A DNA stretch of 55,983 bases from Dimorphilus gyrociliatus (GCA_904063045.1 CAJFCJ010000072.1:13517-69499), one strand, 5' to 3'; positions 1 to 13,959 are shown, counted from the first letter of the stretch. The notes: generated by a model from the sequence alone, not told the origin. Numbers and translations: made by a program.

Positions 1-345
1 GAATTGAATTGTGCCCCATCATAAACCAAATTTTTAGTCAGGTGCCACACATTCTCTGCATTATCTTTTGTTGGAAGATGATGTAATTTCTCCCCATTTT
101 TTCTGAGATTTCTTCAATGACAGGGAGAATATCTTCTACAGCAAAGCAAGAGTAATTTTGAACATTTAATTTTTTGCTCACCCTCCAAACCTCAAACATC
201 CCATCTGATGTTATTAGTCCCCAAACCATTACTCCACCTGTCGCCATATTTTTTGTTAGTCTAAGACGGAAAGAAAAGCTGTAAAAGAGAATATACCAAC
301 AGCCTTTAGAATAGCTATCTTAATTAAGAATTCGTCAAGTAGTTT
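1..345 (-). mobile_element. Tc1-like DDE transposase relic (frameshifted, internally deleted)
   Basis: Minus-strand GGVMVWGLITSDG...YIIFQQ, then after a frameshift DNA joined directly to ENVWHLTKNLVY (the usual WP..SPDLNPI segment is missing). A degraded DE..FNLD-like motif near 330-345 marks the likely 5' limit. Runs off the window start. Confidence 0.7.
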
Positions 346-2335
346 TGTATTTTTTAATGATAAATTACGTAATGTTTGAAAATGATTCGTAAATCCTCTT
401 TCAATATCATTTATCAATGAATTGTCAATGTGAAGAATTTTTAAATTTGTATTATATTTAAATAAATCTTTATGTAGAAATTTCAAATTTGAATGGGAAA
501 GGTCAAGGTGAAATAGATACTTTAACGATTTGAATGTATCGGAAGGGATTATTTGTAAGTTGTTTTTATTCAATAATAGAATTTCAAGGTGAAAATTAAA
601 GTTGAATGTTGAATTGTTCAATTTGAAAATGTTATTTAACGTTAAATTTAGATATTTCAAACTTTTGAATGGGAAATAAGTGGAAAATGAAGATAAATTT
701 CTATTTTCAATTTGAATGTAAATTAAAGGTAAAGATGGATGATTCATTAGCAAATTCAAAATGAGATTTGCTTCAACATTTTGAATGAAGATACTCTTTA
801 GATTTTTAAACTGATCTGAAGTTGCATTTGTTGTAGAATAACCATAAATGTTGCACTGGTAATAGCCAACAGGGCATAATAAATTGCAATATGACAACTC
901 GTTAGAAGGTAAATGGGTATTTATTCCATTTTCCAACATTTTTCTACTGCTGATTGTTTTTCCCTTAATTGTTTCCTATATTCAGCTATATTTAAAGAAA
1001 ACAACATAACCAAGAGGGACAAAATGTCTAGGAATGAAAAATGGCTGTCTAATCCAAGATATTATACCTTTACAATTAGCTGCAGGAAATTCATCATCTC
1101 CTTCTTGACAATCTTTTTGCAGATTGCAACAGTTAATTCTTGTTAGTAGTTGACCATTTTTGCAGAAGAACTGAAATCCATCTTGAATCACTAATTGTTC
1201 TATTAAATTTTCATAGATAAGATAGATAAGATAAGATGATAATCTATTTAAAAGTTGTAAACAACTAAACTGTTTGAACATTGTTCTTCGTCTGAATTGT
1301 CTATACAATCTTTCACAGTGTTACATTTGCTTGTTAGTGTATGTTACAAATAGTTTGTCTTCCGAACCGGATGTCTTTTGTTGCCATTCCATTGAATAAA
1401 GATTACAAATTCTATTGAATAGTTCAATATTACTGTATTGACTTTTCCTATTGATCATGACAGGTAAAATCCTGAAATTTTTGGTCACGTGATACAAAGT
1501 TGATGGGAAAACTGATGACGGTCTGTTAACGTAGTTATTTGAAGATGAATTGGTCTTCCAGACAAGTTGTCCAACTTTGAATTTTGCCAAAATGCATAAA
1601 TTTTTTGGGCATAGGCCAACTGTCTGATTTCCTCTGTCTATTCTAAGCTTTCTAGCCTCTCTATCATTGTTATCAATATACTCGATATTTGAACATTCGT
1701 GTTTAAAATTGTAGTAAAGACAGTAAGGAGTCGCAATATTCTCCTTTTCCCGATGTATTAATGTATGATTGAAGCCCAATTCCCAATAGAAAAAGGCTAT
1801 GAAAAAAAGACACTTGTTGTTTTAATACAAGTTGTAATTAAAGAACTATTGGCACAGACATTGAGATTCATCCTTATAGCATCTTATGCAAAGAGGTGTA
1901 TAGTCTCTAGTCGAAGAAATGCAATTATATTTGCAATTCTTTCTAAAACCATCGCATTGAATTTCCAATAAAACGCTTATTCTTTCGACTGAGAAACAAA
2001 CAAACAAAACTAGGTTAGATTAGTTTAAACCTTCAATTTGATGACAAAAAGAACGAACCGGAAATGGGACAGGAAAACGCTTCAGCTTTATAAACACTAA
2101 AGGTCATTTCATAACAAATTGTCATTATGTCGTGTTCTTTAATTGTTTGCAGGGAAAAGAAAATGCTATAAGTTGAAAATTCATCAACTGTCTGGACTTG
2201 TCCTTCGCAATAGTCATTTGTACAGATTTTATAGTTTTCATTCAATATAAGCTTCTAGTATTCCCAATCAGGCTAATTGTTTGGTAAGTAAGTTACTAAT
2301 TAAAAATAAAACACCAGTGATAAATATTGCATCAT
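346..2335 (-). pseudogene. GRL101/LGR-like receptor ectodomain pseudogene (SRCR-like, C-type lectin-like, LDLa, LRR), truncated before the 7TM
   Basis: ORFs 2033-2245 (SRCR-like EGQVQ...ICYEM), 1321-1779 (lectin-like, CILAKF..CLYY), 982-1308 (LDLa CKNGQ..CNLQKDCQEGDDE) and 256-939 (LRRs LxxLxLxxNxL). In-frame stops between 1780 and 2300. The 3' end reads into the Tc1 relic. Confidence 0.78.
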
Positions 2336-2921
2336 AGATACCATACAACCAAAGAAACAATCAATTAGTCTAATTGGAAGGAGAAGAAAAAGAAAATGAT
2401 GATAAAGTATCCACATCATTTTCCCAAACTATTGCCTTCTTGTTTTCTGTTCAAGAAGAAATGAGTGAGAAGCGAATGTCAGTGATTTACAACTGAACTT
2501 ATCATTAACCTTTATGATATATCCATTTATGTTGACGACTAAAACAAATCGTTTAATTGTAAAGTGTTTGTTAAGCATCTAAAATATCACATATAACGTG
2601 TTATGACAATCTACTCTTGTGAATATGCACCCAATAGGCCTATAATTTAAAATAAAATATAATTTTATTGTAGGGCGTCAACTGTAATTAGACAAAGTAA
2701 CATCAATTTTTCTTCAAAAATAAATCACTCAGAGTGCAAACTCTTATCTCCATATTCCCCTCCATTGTCCATATTAAGGCAAAAGCGCATCGCTAGAACA
2801 GATGTCACTATAGTAGTTATATTTTCTTTGTTCTTCAAAAGTCAAAGTTTGCTTTGAGAATATACTGTTCAAGCAGACAAAATTTATAATAGGATTATCC
2901 TGTTTGAACACTGAAATATTC

Positions 2922-5402
2922 AAGTTGGGGTGCGAACATACCCAGGTACATTTACACCCTATTTTTGGACTTGTTTTTTTATTGAATTTTTGAATAAATG
3001 ATTTGGCTCTTAATCTATAAGTATGTATCTAAAAAGATTAAATATTATATTAATGAACAATAAAGATTGACAAATGATATTTATGCTGGAGAGTAGATAT
3101 GGGATGTTTGCATTAATAAATCAATTGATGTCAATTTGTTCAACCTGAAATCATCCCACAAATCAAAATTTTCTTTTGGATGTCAATGTACATTTTCTTT
3201 TATTGTTTGTAAGTACTTTCCTCTGACAGTAATTTCTCATAATTGCAATCAATTAAGACTCTTCTTTTAGCTCATCAACCAGCATGTAAAAATACCCCTT
3301 AGCAGGTAGCTTACTGTTCATTCTTTGATATACTTCATAAACATTATTGGTCCTTATAGACAAACCAAAAACTGACCAATTATTTGGTTTCCATAATTTA
3401 TTTTTGATCCAGTTTGTTTGGAAGTATTGCAGCTGGTCCAAAAATATATTTTTTTCAAAAAGTTCTGCATTTATACTGTTAAATGTTGGTTCAATAATAT
3501 GTGCTGGCAATTACATGGCCAAGAGCCTATTGAATCATATAAGTTATTCAATACCTAAAGTTCTATATATTTGAATGTAACTGACTTATATTTTCCTATA
3601 CACTGCTTGTGTGAAATGAAATACACAACCTTGAAATTCAGTGAGGGGATATACTTTTGATAATGCTTTCCATAGTCCTTTTTCAAAATCCATTGTAATT
3701 CTATTTGGGTGAAAATCATTGATAAGATTCTTCATATGATACAAAGAAGCAACTTTACTTATCATCACTTTTGAACAGATAATATGAAATATTGACAAGT
3801 TGATAAAATGGTTCTTTTACAATCTTGAAACTACCATCATAGTACCAACAGTTGGATTTTGATAATAAATTCAGCTGATGGTTTGTTGCAAAGATTAAAA
3901 TTCTTTCTCCATTTTCACAAATATCTTTCAGCAAAAATTCATCAGCCAAAAATGTTTCATCTAAATTGAAATTATACACTTTAGGTTCCACTGGCCTAAA
4001 CTTTTGTCTATTTGAGGTTGCCATTCTCTTTAAGTAGTTGATATCAGGAAGACAAGTAGTATTGGTTTCATAAAATAGAAGAACTTTTTCAGCAATGCTT
4101 CTTCCAGATGTTTGATTATCACTTCTGCAAACAATTTTCAAATCTGTTTTCACTTTAAAATCCACTTCTAAATTCTTTTTTCTGTTGTGATTATGTTCCA
4201 AATTGCCTTTGAGAAATAAATTTCCATTTTGTCTTATTCTGGCCACACATCTTTTCTTCTTACTTCTCACACTGCACACCCAAATAGTACTTGATAGTGT
4301 TTTATGTTTAACAAGAAAAGAATATGCATCATTCAGTAAAATGTCATGTCCCTTTCTACTTCCTCCTTTTACAATCTCAAAATCATTTTTTGTGGATGAT
4401 TCACAATATTCTTCAGCATTCTCCTCAACTTCCTCCAAAGAGTCTAGGTCCATTGATTGGCATTCTGAAAGAACATGATTTTCATCCTCCAATATTGATT
4501 CTTTAATTGCAGCAGTCCCATTTCTTTCATCAATTAAGCTTTCTTCAGAATTTACTTTGAATTTCCAGATTGGTTAACTTCTTCAGCATGACAGTACATT
4601 TTCTTTTGTTACAAGGTTTGCAAATTGGTATGTTAGCTGTTTCTATATGAATGTGTTAAAAAATATAATTACATGAAAGCTGATTAAAGAGTTACATACC
4701 TGTGCATTTCCTATGAATAAGGTTCTTACAAAGGCTGCATTTCAAATATTTTTACCTTTCATAAATTGTTGAATGACAATAATGACATTTGACAGCCATT
4801 TTATAATATCCAATCAAATGTAGATAGTTATCTAACAAAATTTCCAGTTATCAATAAATCTCCTTTCCAAATATTCAAAATGGCTGAAATTTTATTTATG
4901 CAATATATTGACCTTATTCACAATTGAAGATAATACATTATATCAAAATATCATGTATCAACAATCTCAATGATAGGATATAGATACTTACTTCTGTTAA
5001 ATCTTCCAAGAAGCACTTTGTTCAAATTTATTCAGGAAATATAACTTTACCTTTGCAAGCATAAATATTCCAAGTGAAAGTTTATTTAATAAAACTACCA
5101 CTATTAAAATGGCTGCTATTTCACTTTCAACAACATTTTCTTTTAAAGTAGTAATTAATATTGTTGGGATATGTATTCTATTTAATATCTGCATTCTATC
5201 TAATCAATATATTAACAAATATATCATGAAGGAAAAGAAGGAAAACAGGATGTCAATGTACATGTTTATTCAAAAATTCAAAAATAAAATAAATAGAAAA
5301 ATAGCATCCAAACAATCCTCAGTAGGTTCACACCCTGGTACTTTCCTACCTGACCCCATAAAATAAATAAAAAATAGGGCGTGAACATACCCAGGTAACC
5401 CC
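2922..5402 (-). mobile_element. Mutator-like (MULE/Phantom-type) element, near full length, defective; PHD-FLYWCH-MULE transposase
   Basis: FLYWCH (IWVCSVRSKKKRCVAR...HNH), WYYDGSFKIV, MDFEKGLW..GCVFHFTQAVYRK and RTNN motifs in 3253-4492. PHD exon MAVKCHYC..CSLC..HRKC at 4799-4700. Termini aagttggggtgcgaacatacc / gtgaacatacccaggtaacccc. Flanks gaaatattc (2913-2921) and aaaatattc (5403-5411) give an 8/9 TSD match. Confidence 0.9.
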
Positions 5403-5479
5403 AAAATATTCATTATTAATTGGGAAATTTACACTCACAAAACAAAAACAAAAGGCATGTTTAGTTAATTAACAATTAG

Positions 5480-7440
5480 TCATATATTTGTTGTTTCATA
5501 GTAGCAAATTTTCATATTTTCTTCAGTTTTACCAAAACCTTTTATGTAAACGGCCTGACAATAATCTTGGCCACAAATACAAGAATAACTACAATGATCG
5601 TCATCATTTCCACCAATCAGCTCACAGCTGATATACTCTCCTTGAAAGTTTGCTTCTAATTCAATATTGGCGGGAATATAGGCTAAAACTCCAGAAGTTA
5701 CTAAACCATTTTGAACATTAATACACTTTTGCAGATTTTCACCTTTGATGATGATATGGAAATTTTTGAATGGAGAATCAACAGAAGGCCAAGGAATTCT
5801 TAAATAGAATATTTGACCAATAGCAATATTCACACACGTTCCAGCGCTTTCCTCATCAATGATATTCTTTATTTTGTCCCTATTTGAACTTTTTTCATCA
5901 TTAAAAATTGGTGCATTTGTGCAGGAATGCCTCAAGAGAGTTTGAGGATTATCTTCAGAGTTGTATTTGCAAGTGGAGGCTGTAGAAGTAAATGTGGAAC
6001 ATACTCTTTCTCTATTATTAGGTATATACATAATCATGTCACAATTTATTTCATTATCACACAGATCTTTACATTCCCTAATACTATTTACAACATGTTC
6101 GTCATCTGCTCCATACTTCCTTTTAAAACAAGTTAGGGATTTCTGTGCGAGCCTATGATAAGTAGATTGCTGATTAGATTAACTATAGCAGTAGGCTTCA
6201 ATACGATTTTTGACAAAATGCATGCAGTTGTGCTAAAATTGTAGTTAAAACAGCTTTATTCTATTTGATCACTTTTATCAGAAAATTGATGAAGGCAGTT
6301 ACCTAACAATAGCCTCATCTGCAAATTTATCATTCCCAATAAAAACTGTAAATACATCTGCAATCTGTTTAACTTGTAAATATTTTCTTTTGTAATAGAG
6401 ATCTACTGTTTCTCATTTTTCATTTATTTCACACAGTCTTTTCAGTGGGACAAGAACATTCTTCATCAATGAGGGTGACAATGTTTAAAGATACTAAGCA
6501 AATATTTACATATGATGTTGGTAAAATCTATGGATATGGGCATACAACTTGTAATGCATTTCATCAGATAGAGTTTAACTCTGTTACAATTCAAAATCTA
6601 TCACCTTCTTTAGAATTCGATTTAATTGAATTTGATTGTTTTTATATGAGAAATAATAAGAGTAACAATTTAACAGAATTTGAAAACACTTGTAAGTTTT
6701 CATTTTCTTTTCTTATTGACTTTTTAATAATCATTTTCTCATGAAAATTCACATTTGTTAAAGAAATTCAAAATTATTCACATTTCTACACATCCAAATA
6801 AAATAGATTTTTTTTTTCTTTTAATCCATCTTCTGGCTAGCTTTATATTCAAAACACTAAATTTTTTTAACACTTCATAGCCAATATACTTTGGCATATT
6901 ATTCAACTTTTTCAACTGTTTCAAGTTGCCCCAGACAGAAAATGTTATACACTTAAAAATGATAATATGATAGCATAAAATCCAGAAATACTCCTCATAT
7001 TTCAGCTTACAAGTGATCCACACAGGGCTTGAATGGAGATTTGTATGAAGCTACTGGAGTATACATTATGAAGAGACTTTAGCCTGTCCCATCAGCATCT
7101 TCAAGTAGAAGTGTGAATTTTTGTTTTGGATCTGCAAAATCTTTATTTACAGAATAATACAGATTTTTTTTCTATTTCTTTTAAATTTCAAACAGTTGTT
7201 TTTGCAAAGAAAGGGACGAGTTTTCCCTGACCCTCACAAATTGTATGTGTCCTTCATAGTAATATTTAATCTGTGTTGAGTAGAAGGTATCTTTCATTCA
7301 TTACTTTGAAGAGGGTATATGCAGGATTAACCAAATCCTTCTCTTCATCATAATAATTATCAAAATAGTTTCATTTTAGTTCACTTTGAACAGACACAGC
7401 AAAAATAAATGGTCTATTAAACTTTAATATTACCTGAAAT
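5480..7440 (-). pseudogene. Degraded secreted-type gene with F5/8C-like, PAN/apple-like and Cys-rich C-terminal segments
   Basis: ORF 5480-6037 extends upstream in frame into ECKDLCDNEINCDMIMYIP..C (PAN-like) and ends in CSYSCICGQDYCQAVYIK. Upstream segments (YLQVKQIADVFTVFI) contain stops. 5' boundary approximate. Confidence 0.5.
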
Positions 7441-8095
7441 GTGGAAGAAGATGAACAGATGAACAATAGATGAATATATAATATGATTTTATTGAACTAA
7501 AATACTGAAAACAATCTGTCACTTTTCCATAATAATCCTAAGGATGAAAGTTGAGTGCTATTTGTCTTTCAGTTCAATAATATAATAATAGGAGAGCATG
7601 AATTGATTTCTAACATACTAACCTACTATCACTGATTTCAAGTTAAGTGGATTGAAAGGTAAGGTAGATATTTTGCAGTACAACTTTTATTTAATCCCTT
7701 AAACATATCCTGCTTACCCTCTCTCTCATCATCATCTTTCCAAGAGATAAGTAACCCGGGACCAATTGACAGAGATTGTCCACAAATGAATTGTTTTACC
7801 CTAACTGCTCAATGTACAAATGAGCTACTCTCTTTGTCTGCAAATGTATTAATTCCTTTGGCAAAGTATTCAGATATCTAGTTTATGTCTGATTAGCTCA
7901 ATAACTCTTTTTTTTTTTTATTTTCAATGTTGCTGGCTGTTCTTGTGCATCCTTGCCTTTCACTAACAAGTCATTAATACAATGGCTATTGTAATTTGGT
8001 ACTAGGACAAGGAAGACAAGAAAACCAATCAACAGAAGCTAAAGAAACTGAATTTTCCTGAAATATTGGACCTATAAATAATTTTATTGAAATTC

Positions 8096-11000
8096 TTAGC
8101 ATAAAAACGTCTTTCGTTTTTGGAGAATTTTTCTTAATATAACACCAAAATCATAAATATCTTGTTGTTCACTTTTTGATGTTTTTACACAAAGATCTTT
8201 AGCAGAAAGGAAGTATATATCATTGATTTTCTAAACCAAAGAAAACCAATAAGGTTTTATTAATACAACTACAATGTTCTTACCTCATAAACTATTGAAT
8301 TTATATTAAAAGAATATTTCAATGATAATTCTTTTTCATGAAGATACTTTATAGCCGAAATAATTTTTAAACTACATTTCAAATATTTGAAATTCTCATA
8401 GAACTCTTTACAAAAAATTGCTTCACTATTATTCTTCAGTTTCTCTTCATAATTAATATACAGAAAGTGTTTTTCACCACTTTTTACAAGATCTAATACT
8501 TTTAAATTTTAAATTTTAAAAATTCAAAGAATTTGACCAAAAAAAGAATAAAGAAAATTGGATTATATTTACAATTGTTACACCACATTTCACCAATGGT
8601 TCTCTTCCATTTAAGCTTATCATTTAGAATTTTATCTTTCTTCCTTTGATTTAACAAGATTATTTCATCAATTGAAAAAATTACCAAGTTTAATAGCACT
8701 TTTAAATATATAAATGTAGGAATTATTGCATCAACATCAGGTTTTTTCTCAAATACTTTAAAAATCATAAGAGGGCCTATTGAAAGATAAAAAAAAAACA
8801 GAAGAGTGTATTACGTAATGTGAAAGAAAACAAAACACCATAGTCAAAACCTAATATAGCTAAAGGAATTGATGTTAAGACATTAACAAGAATGATTGTA
8901 CAGACTTTTGAATATAGTTTAAACAATTTGATATTCATTTTTGTGTCACTACTAGTTTCTCTTGATGAATATTTTACATAGAAAGCAATTTTAATGTACA
9001 AAAATGTAATTAGTATAGTTATTGTTGGATTAAAAATGCAATAATGAAAATAATCAGTGTGAATAATGTGAATGGTCTTTAAAGCATGAATTAATTGAAT
9101 AAAATTCTCAATTCTAAAGAGACTATTTTGAATTGAGAGATATTTCAAATTGTTTAAAGAATTTATTGATATTGAATTTGAAATTGATTTTACACTGCAA
9201 TTGTTAATTTTTAATATTTTTAAATATTTTATATTTTTAAAAATCATAAATGAAAATTGGTTAAAAAAAATATCCGACATTTTGACAATTGGTATTGAAA
9301 TTACCAATTGTATAATTCGGTAATTGGCAATTTAATTCATCACTTCCCTGTATACAATTGATTTCTCCATTGCAAAGATTTTCAAGTTTAATATAAATTG
9401 TTTCATTCCAACATTTAAAATAACCTTTTGGTATAAAATTATCTGAAGAATGTATTAGGAACAAAATTTTTCATGGTTCTTATTGAGTACAGTTCATTTC
9501 CTACCACACTCAGTTTCATCATCTCCTAGGTAACATTGATGAATACCATCACAAATTTGTTCAATTGATATGCAAAAATCTTTTGAATGGCATAAATATT
9601 CACCAAAATTACATTTTGTTCTTACACATTTCCTATCTGGTTCATATAGATTTGTTATTGAAATCCCCATTGAGCTTACTCTATAGAAGCATTCAGTTAA
9701 ATTGTTTGTATCATATCTATATATTTCATATTCTACATCACAATCTATTTTTCCATCATTCATCAAGAAATTTGGAACACACTGCTCATTACATTTAAAT
9801 TGGGTGTTTTTGTTGCAATCTGAATGAAAAATATTTGATAGAGAATGATTAAATTGAAAATAGTTTATTGACTGATAATTTTTCAGTTATACCTTCTTTG
9901 AAATTGTTTGAAATTGAATTGACATTGTTACAAATTTCATCACTTGCATCCAAACAATTTCTCTCATTATTGCAAACATATTCTTCAGGAATACATTCAT
10001 TATTATGGCATGTCCTAAAATTAGAATAATGATTGTTTGCTCATTTATTAAACTGGGTGTATATGATAGAAATCTATAGTGACCCAATTAGATTATTTAT
10101 ATTCTTACCTTTGTCCAATTCTGCATTTAACATATTCTGAAAAAGAAAAGGAAAAAAACTAAATGAAATTTATCTGTTTTTTTTTTGGCCTAATCCAGTC
10201 TGCCCCAGATTTTAGTGCTACCCCTAAATCTTTACTAGAAAAAGTTCTATTAATAGTACCACCACATTCTAATTCGTCAGATTTGTCATGACAATCAAAT
10301 TTGAAATTACAAACTTTTACTAATGAAATATTTTGCTTTGATGTTAAACATTGAAAAAAATTGATTGAATTATTTCCTTCTTTTTGCTGTTCATCTTCAT
10401 TTGAAAAACAATCATTGTTTCCATCAGATACATAAATTATGTTTATGTATATTTCATATTTTGAACAATAGAATGCATTTGGATGTATAATTGTATGTTT
10501 TGTTGATGTAAACTGGTTAATATATGTAAGTTCCTTTTTAAATGCTACATTTGTATTCAATATTTAGAGGAATTTAAATAGAATATTCCATATTTTGTTT
10601 TTACTTAAAGTCTTTTGGCAAGTTATAAATTTTTGCCACTTCCCTATACAGCTTTTCTTTGAATATAAAACATCTAAATATTGTGTGAAGTATATTTCTT
10701 TTATCTATTGGCAAATTGCCAATAAATATCAATAAAATATTTTTGATATAGAGATATTTACTGAAAGTTGAATTTTAAACAAAATACTTTCACAATTTAA
10801 CCTAAAGATTTCAGAATTTTTTGAAAATTTTCCATTTATATTTTCAATACTCATTCTATGCTAAAAAAAAGACAAAAGAGTGAATCACTAATTGGAAAGT
10901 GGTGAAACTCTTTCCCAATTAGTACTTTATTATAAAATGGAGGAATACTAATTGTTCTGCCACCTGTTGTCACAAAAATAATTTGATTTCTCGTATACTC

Positions 11001-13775
11001 TTTTCTGTCCAAGACTGAAACAAATAAAAGAAAAGGTTATTATTCAATACTGAAATAAGAAAAATGGTTTTACTTTGAAAACCAAATGGATTGTTAGGTG
11101 AATATTTGTCAATGTTTGGCGCTTTGACAGATGATAAGAATAGACTGACAAATAATGAATTTAATGTTGAATAATCAGAGTATGTTAAATTCCTTTTTTT
11201 ACAAAACTCTTTCATCTCTGATATTAATGCTACTCTATTATATTCAAAAGTATAATAGCAGACATCATAGATGAGTAGAGCAGACTTTGTTGGGCAATCT
11301 GTTAGTAAAAAAAACAACAGAATATTTTTGATTAACTAAACAATAGAATTAAAAATATTTCAGTTCTTACTTTCAATAATATTCTCATAGGAACATTCTA
11401 ATGAATATGGCAGCCATTTTATGAATGTTCTTTTAATGGTTTACAAGATTTTATTAATATATTTTATAAAAAGAAAAACTCTTTACTTTCTATTTTTAAA
11501 AATACAATGTGAAAGTGATGAATTTTTACATAGTATTGTTTCAAAACTTTCAACATTGTCTATTTCATATTGTTCATGTACAGGTAAGAATTCATCTATT
11601 CTTGATTCTTCAACTATTTTCCCATAATTGAAACCAAAATATTTACAAATAACACCAATTTCAAAATATTCAATATATTTAAGAACATGCCAGGAATTTA
11701 TGTATAAAATTTGAAAAACACCTGCCAATTTCTGATATTTTTTATCAATTTCATAAATTGCAGTTGATTCTTTCAAATTATAAAATTGATATTCTATAAT
11801 TAGAGATAAAGAAGAAATGTTTTACAAGATTTTCCTGTTAAGCTATGGCTTCAAAAAGTTGGATAATTGGATTATTACTATTTTTTCCCTGTTTAGTATA
11901 ACAGTAAATTTTAGCTTCATATATTTTTTTTGAAGTTGTCCATCTCATACTACAACTTTTATAACCTGATTTACAATTTCCAATTGTCAATTTCTAGAGA
12001 AAAAAAATATATATTTATTTTCTTGATTTAAAAATTTAAAAAAGTTCAAAAAAAAAAATATTTTGTATTTCTTTTTACATGTCCTTCTCTTCGTTCTGTT
12101 ATAAAAGAACAATTCAATGAATTGGCATTCATTGAAAAAAAGTGACAGACACTTTTACATAACTTTAAAGGAAAGGAATTTTTTTTAAAATGTGGTGTAA
12201 CTAGACCATAGTTTTTTGATTCAAAAAATATTTCATATTCTTTTCCAAACATGGTGAATAGTTGAAAAGATGAATAATTGTTCATATCATGTCTCATAGG
12301 AGTGAGATCTGGGGAGAGGGTGATAGCAAAGAATAAGCAAAAGAAACCAACTATTAATTCAAATCTCATACCATTTAAATAACGAATAGAACAATGAATT
12401 CGTTTGGAGAAACTCCTACTGCCATTTAAAATGTTCATTTTCTCATCAAAATGGATTTTTTTATTGATTTTTTCAGATAAATTTCTTGATATCAGAAATT
12501 CACTTTTTGCACAAAATTTTTTTGTTTTAGCAACATTTCCATAAATTTGAAAATTGGTTACATTTGCTCTAAAATATAATTCAATTTGTTTTATTTTCTT
12601 ATTGAAATTTGCAAAAATATCTGAAAAGCAAAGAGAAATTTGTATATCTTCTCTTTTACACATCAATACCTACATGGAACATGTTTTTTGAAACATTTTA
12701 AACTGATTCCATTAATTATTTCATTTTCATTTCCAGGTTGACTTTTAAAAGTTAAAGTTTCAAAAAAAATAAATCTTTTGTATTTTATTTCACTGGAAAC
12801 AAAACTTACAAATAACAAGTCTTAAAACAGTTTGAAAATATATAATATTTATAATTATTTTCCCATTTGGAATATTTGCCAAGGATAGACAAGAGAAAAG
12901 AGATTATCATAGCCAATTGCAGAACAAATTTGAATCAATATATTAATAGGCAGTTTTTTGAATTGAATATGAAATGTATGTAATGGAATTTTCTTTATTC
13001 TCATCTTTAATACTCCTATATCATATTTATCTTCCACTCTATATGTATGGAAGAATAGTTGAACATCTCTCAAACTTTGTATTCCAGGTACTGCAAAAAG
13101 ATTTTATTGTTGATATTTAATGTGCAAAAGATATAACTACTTTTAAACTCATTTTCACAAGCTGTTGTCACAACTCTAATTCTGTTTGTTTGAGGATAAT
13201 TTAAAATAAAACAATCCATAATGTTTGTATTAAAATCACTGCAAGGTTGAATTATAGGAAAATATTTCTAAAAATAGAAAAAGTATCTTTAAAGTAGAAT
13301 TATTGATTATTTTGGTTGTTTTTTGGAAGATAAGAAACTTTTGATGTAATTATATTTGATTTACAAGTAGAGTTTATTGGTATTTGTTTATTTATATTCC
13401 AACAAATAAATAAACAACATTTATCAATTTCCAATAATCTACTAAAAGCTAAAGGTAATTTTCCATGAGATTTAGTTTCAATGATATATTTCCACTTTTT
13501 TAAATCATCTCAAATTTGGTTGTAATGTTTGAATCAGTTGCATAAGAAATGGAATGAAAATTGTCATATCCCATATTTCCATAAATTATTGATGGAAGTT
13601 GTCTTTGTTCATATTCAAAATGGAGAGAGAACATTTTGTTCTTAAACAAAATCTTTAAATATCCTTCAACATAATGTTCATTTTCATTAATAATATCCAA
13701 AAAATAATTCTTCTCATCTTCAAATATTTCCGCTTTAATTAAATGACAAAACAATAGAAATATTATTGAAATCAT
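8096..13775 (-). pseudogene. Multi-exon GRL101-like receptor: signal peptide, several SRCR-like, C-type lectin-like, LDLa repeats, short LRR, TM5-7, C-terminal kinase-like domain; frameshifted, TM1-4 absent
   Basis: Signal peptide MISIIFLLFCHLIKA at 13775. SRCR-like ORFs 13500-13775, 12855-13073, 11483-11776; lectin-like 10970-11317; LDLa ORFs 9261-10560. LRR and TM5/TM6 in 8777-9307. In-frame phase-1 intron 8850-8777 joins TM6 to TM7. Kinase-like motifs KIISAIKYLHEK and QQDIYDFGVILRKIL lie across an in-frame 53-bp intron (8283-8231). Confidence 0.8.
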
Positions 13776-13959
13776 ATTTTTGGTGTAAAATTCTCTTCTG
13801 AATTGAGAAAAATTTTCATTTTGAATTTTTTTTATTAATTTACTTAAATTTCAAATTAATTTTCCAAAGTGTACATTTATAGATTTAAAATTTTTCAAAT
13901 TGTATTATGTTTCAATTACGATTTTAAAAATTCAAATGAACAGTCGAGTCATCTCAATG

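Noticed and set aside
12046-12666. SPDLTP in a 206-aa ORF, resembling the mariner/Tc1 SPDL motif
   Set aside because: No other transposase motifs or TIRs. The Cys pattern and position fit a receptor ectodomain exon.
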